This document shows positions 61,783-64,000 of a stretch of DNA of 64,000 bases, piece by piece; the first letter of the stretch is position 1, and each line of letters begins with the position of its first letter. The position numbers and the translations under genes are program-made. The DNA is from Amoebophrya sp. A120 (Eukaryota; Protista; Dinoflagellata). Under the pieces are notes generated by a model. That model searched no databases. It was given only the letters and a program-made list of their open reading frames with translations, and had not been told where the DNA came from. The stretch covers positions 7,460,601-7,524,600 of the forward strand of contig CAJINV010000003.1 in the NCBI GenBank assembly GCA_905178155.1, given 5' to 3'.

Positions 61783-62909
61783 CTCCGATTTTTACAATCG
61801 AAGTCCCGTCGACGTGCCGTCTGTTTTGGTCCACATCAATCGAGGTTGGCTTCTCTGTCAGCCAGTCCGCACACCGCCCTCGATGGCTTTATTTTTGACG
61901 AGGCAGTAAAACGAAGGTTGCGAGAAGTCCTTTCACTGGAAGCATGACGTACTTGTTTCATGGGACGAACATCAACATCCAGAAAATCAATAACAACTAG
62001 GTATTGACATTGCTGTCTCCAACTTTCTAAACGAAACCTGGTGGTTGCATGGGTGGGTACAACGGAAACGGGTAGGCGCTCTTATTACGTGATAATAAAC
62101 TAGAAGTCAATTGCTTCTAAGTTAGGGATAGCGGTGGCCAGGGATACCGATATTCATATTGTTCGACAAAACATACTATCAGGGGTCGTCCGTTTCGAAG
62201 TGGCTGTCGAAAATGGCACGCGACATTGACCATCACGAGTTGCGATTCGTAGCTAAACTTTTCGATCGAAGACCGCTCAGTGTTCTCGAATTCGACGCTC
62301 ACTACAATGCGAACGTTGCTCGCAAACAACTATACGCATGAATATCGCTCCCCTCGTCTCTCTCAATTCCTTCGCGCAAGAAATGCATCGAATTACTCAA
62401 TTATATATAAGAGAATAGTTCCTTTCGAGTATTTTGGTTTTGAAAATGAACCCACTACCGAGGCAGCTAGTCCTTCTAGTCAACAGTGCGGGCTCTACAC
62501 TCGCGACCAAGCCAGCGAGTAGCGTACGTCAGCTTAAGCATGAACGTGTTCATGATCATGACGCACACTTACACTAGTTGTACCTATTCCTGCATTGTTG
62601 CACACACTGCTGCAGGCAATCTAGAAGAAGATGACAAAGATCCCATTTCCAGTCAGGATGTTTCTCAAGCATCGCGATGTACTCTGACTTAGCAGTTGCA
62701 ATCGCAACTGCATCGCATTTATTCATTGTTTTCATCAACTACAGCTATATTCATTGCTTTGAACGCCATGATTAGTGACCACAACATAGCTGGGACCAGA
62801 GGTAGTCACAGGACCGCAGGGATCACGATGCGGCGGGAAAGACTTGGAAAAGAAAACTATCTCCACTGACTGGAAAACATAAAGCGACTTCGCACCCTGA
62901 TAAGGCTCT

Positions 62910-64000
62910 CTATCCACTTTCCCCGGTACCCGCGCACTTGGTGCTATTGAAGCGCGAGCATTCGACGTCGCACTCATTTTCGCTCCCTGCGGCGCTTGCT
63001 GTCCAGCGCCCCGCCGCTGTTGATGTTGGGAAATCGCTCTCAGCTGCATCTTCACTTTGTCCGCAGGACGGCATTTGATGTCCTGTAAAATCTCTTTCGA
63101 TTACTGAGTCGCATGGTTGTACGCAGCGACCGGGTGATGCTCGGGTACTTCTGAGGGAGAAGGACATCAGTAGCGGTTCCTCCGCTTCGCCTGGGCTGAT
63201 GAAGTGGCCGATTTCTGTCGTGAGAGTTCCCTCTTGTTCCTGGGCTCTGGTAGGTTCGTACGCTATCACTCGCACGCGATCGTCCTCGTCGTCAGCATCA
63301 GCCCCGTCGCTCCGCTCTGCCGCGTTGTTCGTGGTTGCTGTGGTCCCGACTTCGGACGGTGTTGTTGCCATAATACTCCGTTCTTTTGCGCCACCCTCTG
63401 CATCGAGAGAAGATGCACCTACAAAAACCTCCCGTGTCGTCCCGGGAGCCCTCACCACGGGAGAAACAAACACGCGGCCGTCTGTTGTTGAGAAATGCCC
63501 GCGCGGCTTTTGCACGCGCGTCGAAGACGCCGCGTAGCCGAATATCAGGTAGCAAGTGAGGAATCCTACCAAAATGCCGACTAGGTTTGGAATCAGGATC
63601 CACCAGTCCTGCAACAACAGACCCGTGGCTAGCCAGAGCCACGAGGAAACAAAGTTGACGACACTGAGCTCGACGGGCATGGAGTCCACGGATCGGGTCT
63701 CTAGCACCGTGGGCAGAGTGGCCAGCGGGCTGAGTGTCACGATTACACTCAGCGTTGCCGACACGCAACCGGAGAGCAGCAGATACTGTTCCACGGGGCG
63801 AATCGCAAAATTGAGAAACTGAAACAGGAAAACGCAAGCGGCGATCAGCACGTAGGTCTGCATGCGACGGAACGTCTTGGAAGTGCGATCGACGAATCGA
63901 AAAAACGTCAGGGAGTAATAGCATCCCATGCAGGCGCCCACCACGTTCGCGTACACCACAATCAGAAATCCGTGGTTCCCCGTGTACCAATACGCAGACA
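62910..64000 (-). CDS. SWEET/MtN3 sugar transporter (5' end lies outside the window)
   Basis: YANVVG...SPLATLPTVLETRSVDSMPVELSVVNFVSSWLWLATGLLLQDWWILIPNLVG is a typical MtN3 second repeat. Confidence 0.88.
   Translation of the reverse strand, partial: SAYWYTGNHGFLIVVYANVVGACMGCYYSLTFFRFVDRTSKTFRRMQTYVLIAACVFLFQFLNFAIRPVEQYLLLSGCVSATLSVIVTLSPLATLPTVLETRSVDSMPVELSVVNFVSSWLWLATGLLLQDWWILIPNLVGILVGFLTCYLIFGYAASSTRVQKPRGHFSTTDGRVFVSPVVRAPGTTREVFVGASSLDAEGGAKERSIMATTPSEVGTTATTNNAAERSDGADADDEDDRVRVIAYEPTRAQEQEGTLTTEIGHFISPGEAEEPLLMSFSLRSTRASPGRCVQPCDSVIERDFTGHQMPSCGQSEDAAESDFPTSTAAGRWTASAAGSENECDVECSRFNSTKCAGTGESG

Noticed and set aside
56960-61947. Long plus-strand ORFs (56960-57730, 58819-59733, 61150-61947)
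   Set aside because: Antisense shadows of GC3-rich PKD2-like exons.
290-64000. Stop-codon reassignment or pseudogenisation as the cause of the broken ORFs
   Set aside because: The breaks resolve by removing introns, long exons are stop-free, and genes end in TGA, TAA or TAG.
1-64000. Dinoflagellate spliced-leader relic, rRNA or tRNA genes
   Set aside because: No convincing CCGTAGCCATTTTGGCTCAAG match or structural RNA seen by eye; not computationally excluded.

Overview
Eukaryotic, intron-rich DNA in which every recognisable gene lies on the minus strand: Tousled-like kinase, COPI-associated/TVP15-like membrane protein, coiled-coil protein, prolyl-4-hydroxylase-like oxygenase, MORN-repeat protein, PSTAIRE CDK, a large PPR protein, a PKD2-like channel and a SWEET transporter. 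The one-directional gene block and the non-canonical introns point to a parasitic dinoflagellate relative (Syndiniales, Amoebophrya-like); this assignment is inference. The main system is about 19 MITE-like 'introner' insertions with terminal inverted repeats (TAT...ATA ends) and 5-bp target-site duplications, lying inside exons. Removing each element plus one TSD copy restores the reading frame by hand, without a consistent GT-AG. One family occurs in both orientations, and several families share an internal TTGTCATGC motif. A second, less familiar class consists of mostly GC-rich inserts without TIRs, flanked by direct repeats of 8, 18, ~33 (degenerate), 42 and 80 bp; the 80-bp case preserves an empty site of an introner. 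There is also a 2.8-kb foldback-like element with 120-bp TIRs. All gene models were reconstructed by eye and need RNA-seq confirmation.
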